A stretch of 64,000 nt of DNA from an uncultured Phycisphaeraceae bacterium (GTDB lineage: Bacteria; Planctomycetota; Phycisphaerae; Phycisphaerales; Phycisphaeraceae). This document shows, piece after piece, positions 16,139 to 26,665 of this stretch. The position numbers were made by a program, and so were the translations under genes. Below the pieces are notes generated by a model. The model was not told the origin of the DNA. It saw nothing but the letters and a program-made list of their open reading frames with translations, and searched no databases. The stretch covers positions 13,391 through 77,390 of the forward strand of contig CAZFDT010000001.1 in assembly GCA_964518335.1 (NCBI GenBank), read 5' to 3'. Numbering within the stretch: position 1 is the stretch's first letter; each line of letters starts with the position of its first letter.

Positions 16139-18786
16139 GTCCGTATCTCATTCCCACAGTCATGTTGTGTTGCAGTGGACTGGTCGCAGCGTCAGGAGTC
16201 GATGCGATGGCGGGTGAGATCGTCCCGACGGTGCGGATGGAGATCGGCCGGGAATTGCCGATGCCGGCGCAGCGTGCGTCCGCGTATCTCACCACGGTGT
16301 TGAACCAGCGCAAAGTCCGTGTGGTCGCAGCGGGTGACGAGGCGGCCCTTGTCATCGTGATCGGTCTGCCCGGCCAGAATGACGCGCTGGCGTCCCGGCT
16401 TGATGCGTTGAAGCTGACGGTCGCACAGCCGGCTGAGTCGCTGCTGATCGCGGTGAATCCTGGTGAGATTATCGTGTCGGGCCGTGATGCGCGGGGGCTG
16501 GCGTATGGCGTCTACGAAGTGGCGGAGGCGATGCGGCTGGCCCCGCCGGGCGCGGACCTCGCTGCAGTGGTCCAGAGCCAGTCCGAATCCCCGCACCTGC
16601 CCGTGCGTGCGGTGCAGACGCAGATCTTCAACGAAGACGTGGAGAAAGGCTGGTACGAAAGCGAAGACTACTGGCACTGGTTCTTCGGGATGCTGGCGCG
16701 CAATCGCTTCAACAGCTACACACTGACTTTCGGCCACAGCACCAACTACATGGTCCCGCCCTATCCGTGGATGTTCGAGGTGCCCGAGTACCCCGACGTG
16801 CGCGTGAAGGGCCTCAGCGACGAGCAGCGCGCGAAGAACCTGGCCAACTTCCAGATGATCGCCCGCACCGCCGAGGCGTACGGCGTGGACCTGACTGTCG
16901 GGCTGTGGACACAGCTCCCGGCCAAGACGGCGTTCGACAAGATCAGCTACGGCGACTCTCCGGTCGAGAACGTCCCGTCGGGCGAAGCGGGGGGCGACTA
17001 TGCCGCCAAAGGGCTGCGCAAACTGTTGCAGTTATCCCCCGGCGTGACGGGCGTACAGTTCCGCATGAATCTGGAGAGCGGTATCCCGCACGACAAACAG
17101 GAGTCGTACTACCAAGAGCAGTTCGCGGCGATTGCCGGTGCGGGCCGGCCGATCAAGCTCGACCTGCGCTATAAGAGTCTGAGCCAGCAGACCATTGACC
17201 TGGCCAAGCAGGCCGGACTCGACCTCACTGTCTCGACCAAGTACTGGTGCGAACACATGGGGCTGCCCTATCACCCCACAGCACAAGACCCGGCCTACTC
17301 GGCAAGTCGCTATGGCTATGGGAGACTACTCAAGCATCCGCGCGACTACAGAGTGACCTACCAGCTTTGGACGGTAGGCAGTTCGCGGCTGCTATTGTGG
17401 GGCGACCCGATCTACGCCGCACGTTTCGCCCGCAGTTGCACACTAGGTGACGCTGACGGTTTTGAAGTGTTTGCCCCCTTGACCAACAAGGGTTACGGCA
17501 ACGACCCCGGCGAGTGGCGCATCTTCGCCGACAAGTCGCTGGAACACTACACGTGGGAGTACGAGCGGTACTGGGCGTGGTTTCTCGCGTTCGGCCGCTG
17601 GGGTTACAACCCCGACACCTCCGACGACGTATGGCGGCGCGAGATGACAAGTCGGTTTGGGCCCGCTGCAGTGGACCTCGACACCGCCTACCGCCACGCC
17701 AGTCAGGTGCTGCCGCTGATCACCGCCTCCACGCTGAGCAGTGCAGCCAACTGGCGCTTCTGGCCGGAGATGCTCCCGACGATGCACCTGGATGCATACC
17801 GCGCGATCCAGCCCAGCGACTACGGCCAGTTCTATGCCATTGCTCCCTTCGCGTCGCGGCCGGCAAATCTGTGGCGTGCCGAGGACTGGGCAGGACGGCA
17901 CTCGGCGTTCGTCGAGGATGCAATCGCTGACAACGTCAACCCCAAGTGGACGGCGATTCAGGTGAGCCGCAGGCTCGATGAACTGGCGAATACGACGCTC
18001 GCGGCCGTGGACGCAGCGATCGCTCGCGCAACGGATCCCACCGATGCGGAATTGAAGGCGACGGCCATGGATCTGCGCGTTCTCGCACACCTCGCCCGCT
18101 ATCACGCCGCCAAGAAGCGCGCCGCCACCGATCTGGAGTTCTTCAGGCTCACCAGCGACACGCAGCGGCTGACATTGGTGTGGCATCACATCCGCCAGGC
18201 TCAGGCCGCGTGGAAGAGGATCGTCGAGCTCACCGACGGTATGTACCACGATCGGCTGGTGATGGGTTTCTCACAGCAGCACTACGCGGACTATCCCAAC
18301 AAGCTGCACGATCATTCCAGGCACTGGAAGGACTGGCAGGCTGAAGTCGATCAGGACGTGACGTACGTGGCGGAACTGCTCAAGAAGCACGGTGTTCGTC
18401 CCGATGCGGATCTCGCCGAAGTCGAACGGGCCCTCAAGCGCTACCCCGGCGAAACGCCGCTGGCTTCCCCGCCGGTGATCCAACACGAGCCCGTTCTCAC
18501 TGCAACACCAGGCCACGCGGTGAGAATCACCGCCCAAGTCAGCAGCGCCCTGCCCCTGCGCGAAGTGTCGATCCACTACCGTGAAATGGATCAGACCAAG
18601 CAGTGGCGGCGAATGCCAATGAACGCCACCGCCGACGGAATCTACGTTGCCCAGATCCCCGGTCATGAGGTGGCGGCGCAGTACGACATCATCTATTACG
18701 TCGTCGCACGGGTGCAGGGCGGCGGGACGTTCTGGCCGGATTGGCAGCAGGAGCAGCCTTACATCGTCGTGAGCGTTCTGCGGTAG
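16135..18786 (+). CDS. Large secreted hypothetical protein (883 aa, no recognisable family)
   Basis: GTG 16135 overlaps the upstream stop (GTGA). Signal-like VMLCCSGLVAASGVDAMA. Strong GC3 bias throughout. An N-terminal alpha/beta module is followed by a possible TIM-barrel-like region (NRFNSYTLTFGH...). Confidence 0.65.
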   Translation: MSPYLIPTVMLCCSGLVAASGVDAMAGEIVPTVRMEIGRELPMPAQRASAYLTTVLNQRKVRVVAAGDEAALVIVIGLPGQNDALASRLDALKLTVAQPAESLLIAVNPGEIIVSGRDARGLAYGVYEVAEAMRLAPPGADLAAVVQSQSESPHLPVRAVQTQIFNEDVEKGWYESEDYWHWFFGMLARNRFNSYTLTFGHSTNYMVPPYPWMFEVPEYPDVRVKGLSDEQRAKNLANFQMIARTAEAYGVDLTVGLWTQLPAKTAFDKISYGDSPVENVPSGEAGGDYAAKGLRKLLQLSPGVTGVQFRMNLESGIPHDKQESYYQEQFAAIAGAGRPIKLDLRYKSLSQQTIDLAKQAGLDLTVSTKYWCEHMGLPYHPTAQDPAYSASRYGYGRLLKHPRDYRVTYQLWTVGSSRLLLWGDPIYAARFARSCTLGDADGFEVFAPLTNKGYGNDPGEWRIFADKSLEHYTWEYERYWAWFLAFGRWGYNPDTSDDVWRREMTSRFGPAAVDLDTAYRHASQVLPLITASTLSSAANWRFWPEMLPTMHLDAYRAIQPSDYGQFYAIAPFASRPANLWRAEDWAGRHSAFVEDAIADNVNPKWTAIQVSRRLDELANTTLAAVDAAIARATDPTDAELKATAMDLRVLAHLARYHAAKKRAATDLEFFRLTSDTQRLTLVWHHIRQAQAAWKRIVELTDGMYHDRLVMGFSQQHYADYPNKLHDHSRHWKDWQAEVDQDVTYVAELLKKHGVRPDADLAEVERALKRYPGETPLASPPVIQHEPVLTATPGHAVRITAQVSSALPLREVSIHYREMDQTKQWRRMPMNATADGIYVAQIPGHEVAAQYDIIYYVVARVQGGGTFWPDWQQEQPYIVVSVLR

Positions 18787-18835
18787 CTCTCACGACGGTA
18801 TCAGCGGTCACACCAGGTTGACAGGAGCGTGTGCC

Positions 18836-19675
18836 ATGAACATGCAAGACACGATTCATCATGAAACAAGAAGACGTCATCGCGCAGGGTTCACGCTGAT
18901 CGAGCTGTTGGTGGTGATCTCCATCGTCGCGCTATTGATTGCGATCTTGCTTCCGTCACTGGCCAGCGCGCGCGAGCAGGCCAAGCGAATTGCCTGTGCC
19001 TCGAATGTTCGACAATTGAGCATGGCGGCGATCATGTATGCCGACAGCAACAAGGGCAGTCTCCCGATCATCAACGACCACATCACAGGCCGAGCGATTC
19101 TCTATCAGTGGGAGAAGACGACTCTTGTGGATCCGCTCGTGTCTTATGGCAGCACGCTCAAGGTCATGGCGTGTCCTTCGACGCCCTTTTTCAGCCCGCC
19201 GCTGCTGAGTGCGGGGGTCGTTGGCGACTGGGGACAGTGGGAGCATCACTCGTCGGGCCATAACCGCATCAATGATTACGGCGTGGCCTATGTATATGCT
19301 GGCGGCGCTGCGGACAAGAATCTCAACCAGTTCCCCGCCGTCCAATGGAACGACAATCCCCCCAGCGCCGCGGCGATCAAGCTGGCCAACAACACGTCCA
19401 CTCAGGTCCTGTTTACCGACATCAACCTGTTCGCCGCCGGCGAGCAATGGGGCTTCTCCAATCATTCACTTCGCGCCAAGTTCTGGGGACCCGGGAGCGG
19501 CGGCAGCATCGAAACCTTCGCCCCCCAGGTGCTGGGCGGCAACCGCGCCTGCATTGATGGCTCGGCCAAATGGATCGGCCGCGATCGCATCGGCGCGAAT
19601 AACACGCCCATCACCACCAGCGCCCTATCCTGCCGCTACAGCTGGGGCTACCTCGACCGCCCCTTCTGGTGGTGA
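18836..19675 (+). CDS. DUF1559-type prepilin-like protein (type II secretion GspG-like N-terminus)
   Basis: AGGAG RBS at 18823-18827. Has the prepilin cleavage/methylation motif G|[43 protein letters not shown] with Glu at +5, and a C-terminal ...ACIDGSAKWI motif. Confidence 0.8.
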   Translation: MNMQDTIHHETRRRHRAGFTLIELLVVISIVALLIAILLPSLASAREQAKRIACASNVRQLSMAAIMYADSNKGSLPIINDHITGRAILYQWEKTTLVDPLVSYGSTLKVMACPSTPFFSPPLLSAGVVGDWGQWEHHSSGHNRINDYGVAYVYAGGAADKNLNQFPAVQWNDNPPSAAAIKLANNTSTQVLFTDINLFAAGEQWGFSNHSLRAKFWGPGSGGSIETFAPQVLGGNRACIDGSAKWIGRDRIGANNTPITTSALSCRYSWGYLDRPFWW

Positions 19676-21849
19676 TGCCGGCCACGCCGCCGCTTCTCAT
19701 GCCCGCATCCCTGCCAACGTGTGTGTTCCCGTTTGGCGCGCAATACCTGCGTGGCATGACCCCGCTGCGCGAGGATTGGGCTCGCGATATCGCCACGATG
19801 CGCGAGCTGGGGTTCAACACGATCCGAGTCTGGTTGGTGTGGGGTACGCTCGAACCGCGCCAGGGCGAGGTGGACGTTGAGCGGATCATCGCCCTGCTTG
19901 ATCTGGCGACGCGACACGGTCTTGGCGTGGGACTGCTCTTTCACCTGCACGGTTGCCCGGAGTGGGCGATCCGCCGGTACCCGCAGTACTGGTACATCGA
20001 CGAGCGAGGTCGATCGTTCGAGCCTGCTGCACGAGGCAACACGCCGTCGGGTGGCTGGCCCGGACTTTGCTTCGATCACACGGAAGTTCAGCAGTTTGAA
20101 GAGGCATTCATCACCACGTTGATGCGCGGGGTGGGCGACCATCCCGCCGTGGCATTCTGGGAACCAGTCAATGAACCGCACCAATGGATTGACATTGCTC
20201 AGTCGCCGCCTGGCGTGTATTGCTACTGCGGGGCGACGCGTCGGGCTTTCGGCAGTTGGCTGCGGAAGAAGTACCAGACGCTCGATGCACTCAATGATGC
20301 CTGGGGGCGACGCATGGGTGAATGGGAAGAAGCTCGGCCGCCGACGTGGCGATTCGGATTGGCCGACTGGTGCGACTGGCGTACGTTCACCGCTGAGAAC
20401 GTCGCCGCAATGGTCCAGCGGCGTGCTGGAGTCATCCGTGCCTGCTCGTCACGTCCCGTGGTGGCCCACGCCTGGGGCGGAAGCTGTGTGACCTGCACCG
20501 AGTTGGGTTCGATGGCGTTTGACGATTGGAAGAACGCCGGGCCGACCGACATCTGGGGCGACAGCGCGTTTCCCCAGAGCGCGTCTTCGACCGTGCTGGT
20601 CGGACTAGGGACCGCAGCCACGCGGTCAGCGGCGGCAGGTAGACCCTTCTGGCAGGCCGAGTTGGGCGTCGCCGACTATCACGGAGCAATGATTCGCACC
20701 GGACGCCTGCCTTCACGCTGGCTGGAGATGTGGAGCTGGGAGTCCATCCGCCAAGGCGCCAAGGGACTGCTGTACTGGCAGTTCCGCAAGGAGCGCCACG
20801 GCAATGAATCGGGGGCCTATGGCCTCACCGACTACGGCGGCAAGCCCACCGACAACGCTCGCGCAGTGGCACGCATCGGCTCCCTGCTCCGTGACCACGC
20901 CTCATTATTCAGTGCGGCTCAGCCGATTCCCGCACAGGTGGCCATCCTGTTCAGCTATCAAAGCTACATGATGGCGTGGTCGCAACTGCGCAGTTGTCGA
21001 GTCAACGTCGATGCACTCAGCGGCTATTACCGCATGTTCTGGGATCGCAGCATTCCCGTCGATGTGATCCATGAAGAGCTGGTGACGGCACAATCGCTGG
21101 CTGGGTATCGCATGGTCGTATTGCCGATGCCGCTGTCGCTTTCGGTTGGTGCGCGCGTGGCCATTAAGCAGTACATCGAGCAAGGCGGGCATGTGCTGTC
21201 GGACCCCTACCTCTGTGCTTACGATCCAAACAAAGTGCTGGCAACCGAAGTGCCGGGCGATGGGTTCGCAGAAGTATTCGGTTGTCGTGAGCGCGATATT
21301 CGTCTTGCGGGGCAGGCGCCCATCGCGGTTGAGTGGGAGAAGGAGTCGGTATCGGTTGCGCACAGCTATTTCCTGGCGTTTTGGGAACTGAAGGGTGCTC
21401 AAGCCCTCGCCAGCTATGCCGACGGCAATCCCGCGATCACGCACCACCGTTGGGGCCGAGGGGAGGCGATCATGTCCGGACTCAACCTGGGCATGAGCGC
21501 TGCACCCCAAGAGGGTCTCGGGGACGACGTGCTTCGTTCGGGCCCGACGACGACGCATCAGGGCCCGGCCAGCATCGTCGCCGCCCTCGCGACTGCGGCG
21601 GGCGTGATCCCTCCGCTGTCAACGCCCGAGGGAATCGTTGCGAGCCTGTTGCGGATCGATGCAGACACCATGATGCTCATTGCAATCAATACCAGCTCAC
21701 AGCCGCAAACCGGCAACGTGGAGATTCCAGGTGTAAAGTTCAGGTCCTGCAAGGAACTCCTTGGCGACAAACAGGCGAACGCAGTCTCAACGGCGACTAT
21801 GCATTGGGAAAGCTATGAGACGAGGGTGGTGTTACTTGAGCAGCTATGA
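19675..21849 (+). CDS. Glycoside hydrolase family 42-like beta-galactosidase (cytoplasmic)
   Basis: Contains FPFGAQYLRGMTPLREDWARDIATMRELGFNTIRVWLVWGTLEP and WEPVNEP. ATG 19675 shares its A with the upstream TGA (TGATG). GTG 19669 is an alternative start. Confidence 0.8.
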   Translation: MPATPPLLMPASLPTCVFPFGAQYLRGMTPLREDWARDIATMRELGFNTIRVWLVWGTLEPRQGEVDVERIIALLDLATRHGLGVGLLFHLHGCPEWAIRRYPQYWYIDERGRSFEPAARGNTPSGGWPGLCFDHTEVQQFEEAFITTLMRGVGDHPAVAFWEPVNEPHQWIDIAQSPPGVYCYCGATRRAFGSWLRKKYQTLDALNDAWGRRMGEWEEARPPTWRFGLADWCDWRTFTAENVAAMVQRRAGVIRACSSRPVVAHAWGGSCVTCTELGSMAFDDWKNAGPTDIWGDSAFPQSASSTVLVGLGTAATRSAAAGRPFWQAELGVADYHGAMIRTGRLPSRWLEMWSWESIRQGAKGLLYWQFRKERHGNESGAYGLTDYGGKPTDNARAVARIGSLLRDHASLFSAAQPIPAQVAILFSYQSYMMAWSQLRSCRVNVDALSGYYRMFWDRSIPVDVIHEELVTAQSLAGYRMVVLPMPLSLSVGARVAIKQYIEQGGHVLSDPYLCAYDPNKVLATEVPGDGFAEVFGCRERDIRLAGQAPIAVEWEKESVSVAHSYFLAFWELKGAQALASYADGNPAITHHRWGRGEAIMSGLNLGMSAAPQEGLGDDVLRSGPTTTHQGPASIVAALATAAGVIPPLSTPEGIVASLLRIDADTMMLIAINTSSQPQTGNVEIPGVKFRSCKELLGDKQANAVSTATMHWESYETRVVLLEQL

Positions 21850-22076
21850 TGCTTGCACCCACTTCCCATCTCCCCGGTAGCGCTCACGACAAAGGGGGCA
21901 CTGCAGCACTGCGTTCGGGATAAGCCGCAGGTCTCTATGGACTGCGGTGGCATCGACACCGCATTTCACTCGCGGCGAAGCCGCTTTGATCGATGGTGCG
22001 GTTCGTGGCAACAGCCAAAGACGCTTCGCGTCGAGCCAAAGCGGCGTCGATGTCGTCGCCCTCCACGGTCGATCGC

Positions 22077-23978
22077 TCAGTTGCCGAATGCGCCCTGCAC
22101 CTTGCCGGGCACGAGGGGTGACAGATAATCCACGGCAATGACGGTCGGCGTGCTGATGCCCGGGCCGGTCCACGCCACCTGAACGTGGTCGCTGCCGCTG
22201 GCTTCTTTGTGAACCACTTCGATGTAGTACCTGCGTCCGGCCACCAGCGGGATCGACGCCGATTGCTGCAGGCTCGGCCACTTGTCCCACTCGTAGATAT
22301 TGGTAAACCACGGCATGCGGGCGATTCGCGTGGCGTTGGCGATGGTGGCGTCGGTGCTCAGCCACAGCTCGCAGTCATTGTCGCCGGCGATATAGAAGGT
22401 GTAGTTGCCCGTGGTCGGAGGATGAAGGAACGCGCGCAGGCGCCGGCCGTAGTTGTCGCCGATGGATGTGACCCGCTCGAGGGCCGTGGTGCTTTGCACG
22501 ATGCTGTCGGGGTCGCCTGGGAACGGCGTGTGCGACGCCAGAGACGACAGTGAGCCGCCGCTGACGTCGTTCCAGATTTCCTCCGTGAAACCGCCATCGT
22601 GGTTGAACTCCACACGAATGACTGAGAGCGCCGAGCTGTTCGACTCCCTTGCGACAAAGCGATACACGCCATGATGGCGCAGCGCCAGTTGATCGCAGGA
22701 CGCCAGCAGCTTGTTGATCCAGTACGACTTGCCGGCGGTGTCGAAATCGACGGCGCGGACGATCTTGCCGGAGGAGTCGGGCGTGACAAAGGTGATCACG
22801 CCGCTGGGATCACTGTGATGCACGGTGCGCGGCTGTCCGCCGGCGGGCGAGGCGACGCTCGAGCTCCACCAGTTGAGGTCGGGAATCCAGTAGCGATAGA
22901 CCGATGGTGTGCTGTAGCTCTTGGGCCAGTATGACACGGCCGGCACGCCATTCTTGTCCCAGACGACGGCGGCGTGCAGACCTGCGTCTTCGATCGGGCC
23001 TTCCACGATATCCGCCTGATTCGTGCCGCTGTCCACACGCATGGGCAGGCTGGCAATGGTGCTGCCGTCGGCACGATAGAACGTCTGCCCGCCGTCGTCA
23101 GAATAGGCGTAAACGGCATGCGTCGGCTCGGCCTCGCTGTTGTCGTTGTTGATCGTTGAGGCGAAGTGCATGCGATTGTTGGCGTCGATTTTCAGCGTGC
23201 GTCCGAAGGCCTGGTAAAAGTTATTGGTTGTGCCTGCGTGCCCGTTGTTTTCCCAGAGGATGCATTTGAACTCTGCCGTCGGCGTACTCGGCGCCAACCC
23301 GCCCAACGCGGTCCACGACTGCGTGGACGCGTTGTAGCGAAACAGCCCGACGCCCATCTCTCCAGGTGCATGTCCGCCGGTGTGAACCTTCATCCGACAG
23401 GACATGAACAGCTCCATGTCAATGTCGTTGACAAACGCACAGTAGCTGAATCCGAAACCGATGACCGACCGATCTTCGTCATTGCCGACGAATGTGAAGC
23501 TGCTGATGTCTTCAGGGTCGTCCGACACCCAGTACATGATGTAGGAGCCGTGGTAGCGCGAAGGCAGATTGGCGGTGGTGTTGACGGAATGATTGTGCAT
23601 CCCGCCCATCACGTGGATGTAGCCGTTCTTGTCGATGCCCAGCGAGAACTTGTAGTGCCCGTCGTTGTGGACCTGGTAATCGTTGCCCGGATCGAGTTGC
23701 ACGGTGGTGTTGCCTGAGGACGTAATCTTGGTGATCTGCGGTCGGCGATCGCTGTCCACCCAGACAAAGTAGGTGTTGCCGTTGAATGTGGAGACTGATG
23801 TGTACGTGTTGTCCGAGAATCCCAAGGTGGTGGAGAAGCTGGACGTAGAAAACTCCGTCGTGACCGACATGGTCTCGTCATCGACATCGTAAGCCCATGC
23901 GGCAGGGCTTTGGAGACTTTGGCAGGCGACAAGCGTCAAGCAGGCAATGACGACAGTGCAACTGCAACGAGAGAGCAT
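22077..23978 (-). CDS. Secreted beta-propeller (BNR-4-like) protein with C-terminal PA14 domain
   Basis: I chose ATG 23976-23978 as the start (MLSRCSCTVVIACLTLVACQS, lipoprotein/signal-like). The ...NDGHYKFSLGIDKNGYIHVMGGMHNH... pattern recalls the BNR-4 family. C-terminal GNYTFYIAGDNDCELWLS...YYIEVVHKEASGSDHVQVAWTGPG is PA14. Confidence 0.7.
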   Translation of the reverse strand: MLSRCSCTVVIACLTLVACQSLQSPAAWAYDVDDETMSVTTEFSTSSFSTTLGFSDNTYTSVSTFNGNTYFVWVDSDRRPQITKITSSGNTTVQLDPGNDYQVHNDGHYKFSLGIDKNGYIHVMGGMHNHSVNTTANLPSRYHGSYIMYWVSDDPEDISSFTFVGNDEDRSVIGFGFSYCAFVNDIDMELFMSCRMKVHTGGHAPGEMGVGLFRYNASTQSWTALGGLAPSTPTAEFKCILWENNGHAGTTNNFYQAFGRTLKIDANNRMHFASTINNDNSEAEPTHAVYAYSDDGGQTFYRADGSTIASLPMRVDSGTNQADIVEGPIEDAGLHAAVVWDKNGVPAVSYWPKSYSTPSVYRYWIPDLNWWSSSVASPAGGQPRTVHHSDPSGVITFVTPDSSGKIVRAVDFDTAGKSYWINKLLASCDQLALRHHGVYRFVARESNSSALSVIRVEFNHDGGFTEEIWNDVSGGSLSSLASHTPFPGDPDSIVQSTTALERVTSIGDNYGRRLRAFLHPPTTGNYTFYIAGDNDCELWLSTDATIANATRIARMPWFTNIYEWDKWPSLQQSASIPLVAGRRYYIEVVHKEASGSDHVQVAWTGPGISTPTVIAVDYLSPLVPGKVQGAFGN

Positions 23979-24079
23979 GTGCGTTCCTTTCGAATGAGAC
24001 GGGGGTGATGTGACCGGCACAATCTGCTGCACGCGAATGCCGTCGCGGCGCGCTAGCGTCACGACGACGAAAAGGAGGT

Positions 24080-25627
24080 TCAGCACGTTGATCTTGCCCG
24101 CCGAAGCATGACCGCGCCACCTATGACCAGCAGCGCGACGCAACTCGGCTCGGGGATCGCAATCGACACGCCTTGAATATTCATGGCGGAGTCGATCTGG
24201 CCCATATCCCAGGCAAACGATGTGCCGCCGGAGACACTGGGGTCGAGGTTGGTCAAGCCCAGTTCGTATCCCACCGGAAGCCCAGCCGTGGTCCACGCGA
24301 TGCCGGCGGCGGTCAGGGCGTTGGTGAAGTTCGCCAGCGTGCCGCCGTCGATATCGAGGAACACCGGCAGCGACGAGCCGGTGACGTTTGCCAAGTCCAC
24401 GTAGCCGTAGTTGGAGCCTGCGAAACTGATCGACGTGACGCCGTTGACATCCAGCGCGCCCTTGTTGGCGGCGCCGGCGAGCGAGACCGTGACGGTGTCC
24501 GTCGCGGCATCGGTCAGGCCTGGCGTCCACAGCGGACCGGGGCCGGCGATGAAGTCGGTGCCGGCGTTGATCGTCGGCGCGGTGATTAGGTCGTACGTGC
24601 TCGTGGCGCTGAGCAGTACACCGCCCTTAAGCCCGACCTCGAGCGTGCCGCGGCGAAGGTTGCCCGCGGCGTGCCCGTTGCCGGTGAAGTTGATCGTGGT
24701 GATGTGATTAGCGCTGTTGTCCAGAACGAAGGACCACTTGGCATTGTCCTGATCGTAGGTGTTGACGCCATTGAGGTTGTAGTAGCGAAGTCCGCCGAAG
24801 CTGATGCTCGATGCGCCTGAGCCGATCACGCGAATGGTGCCGCCGGGGCTGGTCATGTCGTCGGTGCCGCGGAAGTACAGACCCGTGGTTGTGTTGCTCA
24901 TCAGGATCGAACCGCCACTGATCTCATACGTGCCACCGCCTGCCAGGCGCAGTGAGCCGCCGTTGGTCGCACTGATGGCACCGCCGGTATGGCTGAACAA
25001 GCCTTCCGTGGTGGAGGTGGTGGAAGTGCCCTGGGGGCGGCCGACGGTTAGGGCTTCAAAGTTGCGACTGAGCGTGAGAGTTCCTCCTGTCATGCTGTAA
25101 ACCGAGTCGCGTTGCACTTGAGCGAAACTTGCATTGACGGTGCCCGCGGAGGTGAAAGTCGAAGGCAGAATAGCGCCCGAGGTCGCGGAGCCCACCTGAA
25201 TACCGCTGTTGAGCACGGAGAGCGTTCCATTAGCCGCAACCGCCACGCGCACATCGGGGCCGTTGTTCCAGAGTCGGAATCCAAAGGCGTTGGTGTTGTT
25301 GAGCGTGACGTTGAGCGTCCCGCCGTCGTCGATGCAGAGGCCGTTGCCGTTCGCATTGGCGTTGAGGCCCATGATGAACTGCGCGACAGTGACGGACGAG
25401 TCCACCAGCGCGACGCCTCCGTCACTGATGATCCGCGCCGTGCTGGCGGCGGTGGGCGCACTGTCGCCCACCCAGTTGGTGCCGATGGTCCAGTTCTGAC
25501 TTGCGCCGGGTGGGAAGGTGGCGTCCGTGCTGCTCCAGTCCACATTCTGTGCGTGTGCGATGCCGGCCATGCCCAGGGAGCCTGCCGCCGCCACGAGATA
25601 AGCTTTGATGCCTTGTGTCCGCTTCAT
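24080..25627 (-). CDS. Secreted PEP-CTERM protein with repetitive beta-helix-like (autotransporter-passenger-like) body
   Basis: Starts at MKRTQGIKAYLVAAAGSLGMAGIAHAQ. Has many G/T/S/N-rich GGTL/GGS repeats. C-terminal IPEPSCVALLVIGGAVMLRRARS is a PEP-CTERM signal. Confidence 0.75.
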   Translation of the reverse strand: MKRTQGIKAYLVAAAGSLGMAGIAHAQNVDWSSTDATFPPGASQNWTIGTNWVGDSAPTAASTARIISDGGVALVDSSVTVAQFIMGLNANANGNGLCIDDGGTLNVTLNNTNAFGFRLWNNGPDVRVAVAANGTLSVLNSGIQVGSATSGAILPSTFTSAGTVNASFAQVQRDSVYSMTGGTLTLSRNFEALTVGRPQGTSTTSTTEGLFSHTGGAISATNGGSLRLAGGGTYEISGGSILMSNTTTGLYFRGTDDMTSPGGTIRVIGSGASSISFGGLRYYNLNGVNTYDQDNAKWSFVLDNSANHITTINFTGNGHAAGNLRRGTLEVGLKGGVLLSATSTYDLITAPTINAGTDFIAGPGPLWTPGLTDAATDTVTVSLAGAANKGALDVNGVTSISFAGSNYGYVDLANVTGSSLPVFLDIDGGTLANFTNALTAAGIAWTTAGLPVGYELGLTNLDPSVSGGTSFAWDMGQIDSAMNIQGVSIAIPEPSCVALLVIGGAVMLRRARSTC

Positions 25628-25786
25628 GTTTCGAGTCCTCCGCGAAAAGGGGTGAATGCTTGACTTGGTCTGCACGAGTGCGCTCCTCTCTGAAGTTGTG
25701 ATGGCGAACCAGGTGAATCAGATCGCTTACAGAGTCGCTGACAACGGGATGCGAAATCCTGCGACGGACGGTCTGACGCCGCACCA

Positions 25787-26665
25787 TCAATCGCGAGCCG
25801 CCTTGGTCCACGCGCCTTTGCCCACGACGCCCATCGTGCCGGTGCCGATGGTGGCCTCGGTCCGTAACGACGCGGCGCGGCCGTCGGCGAACAGCCAGCC
25901 GTTGTTGTGGTTGGGATGCGGGGCGAGGTAAGTGAAGCTGCCGGCGGAGACCCAGGTGTCCACGTCGTAGTCGGGCATCGGGCGCTGGTGGTACACGCTG
26001 CTGATGTGGGCATAGCCCCAGTTGTTCAGGTTGCCGTCGGCGATGGTCCAGAAGTTGCTTGGCTCCTCGATCCAACTGTCGCGGGTGTGGAGCACCGGGC
26101 CGGTGGGACTGTTGGCATTGACGGCGGTGCCATGACGGAAGAGCCCTTCGAAACGTCCCGTGCCGAAGTCGCGGTGGCCGTTCATGGCGTAGGATTTGGG
26201 GACCAGACCGTCGGCGTCGGCGCGCGGACCGTTGGGGTCGGACGGGCAGCGATAAACTCCGGTCATGGCCTTGCTGGCGGCGACGATCTCCATGTTGCCG
26301 GTCGGGGGCGCTCGGCCGGGCCAGACGTAGGGCAACAGCGCCTCGGTCCAGGCGTATCCGACGTTGTATCCGGAGGTGTGCGGGGCGCCGGGGTAGGAAT
26401 CGGACGGGGCGCCTTCCAGGATCGAGGGGGCGGGATACCAGCCCTTGTTGTCGCCGACATATGCCGCCACAGCGATGCCCAGTTGACGTTCGTTGGACAG
26501 ACACTGCACCGTGCGTCCAGCTTCACGCGCCGACGCCAGCGCGGGCAACAGCAACGCAATGAGCAGCGCGATGATGCTGATGACCACCAGCAACTCGATC
26601 AGAGTGAAGCCATTGGCTCGCTCGACGGCACGTGGCATTGTCAACCGTGACATCTGGCACCTCAT
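25787..26665 (-). CDS. DUF1559-type prepilin-like protein
   Basis: Contains G|[47 protein letters not shown] 26663-26665 overlaps the LacI stop (ATGA). Confidence 0.8.
   Translation of the reverse strand: MRCQMSRLTMPRAVERANGFTLIELLVVISIIALLIALLLPALASAREAGRTVQCLSNERQLGIAVAAYVGDNKGWYPAPSILEGAPSDSYPGAPHTSGYNVGYAWTEALLPYVWPGRAPPTGNMEIVAASKAMTGVYRCPSDPNGPRADADGLVPKSYAMNGHRDFGTGRFEGLFRHGTAVNANSPTGPVLHTRDSWIEEPSNFWTIADGNLNNWGYAHISSVYHQRPMPDYDVDTWVSAGSFTYLAPHPNHNNGWLFADGRAASLRTEATIGTGTMGVVGKGAWTKAARD

Noticed and set aside
21850-22076. Small hairpins (GCGGC-GAA-GCCGC followed by TTT at 21972-21987; CCGCAG...CTGCGG) as terminators between convergent genes
   Set aside because: The stems are only 5-6 bp, much weaker than the other hairpins in the window, so they are not convincing enough to annotate.
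22077-24530. Full 817-aa extension of the BNR-4-like/PA14 ORF
   Set aside because: The upstream 183 codons overlap the 3' part of the PEP-CTERM gene (24080-25627) and encode Arg/Gly-rich low-complexity sequence. The internal ATG at 23978 gives a proper signal/lipoprotein-like N-terminus with an RBS.
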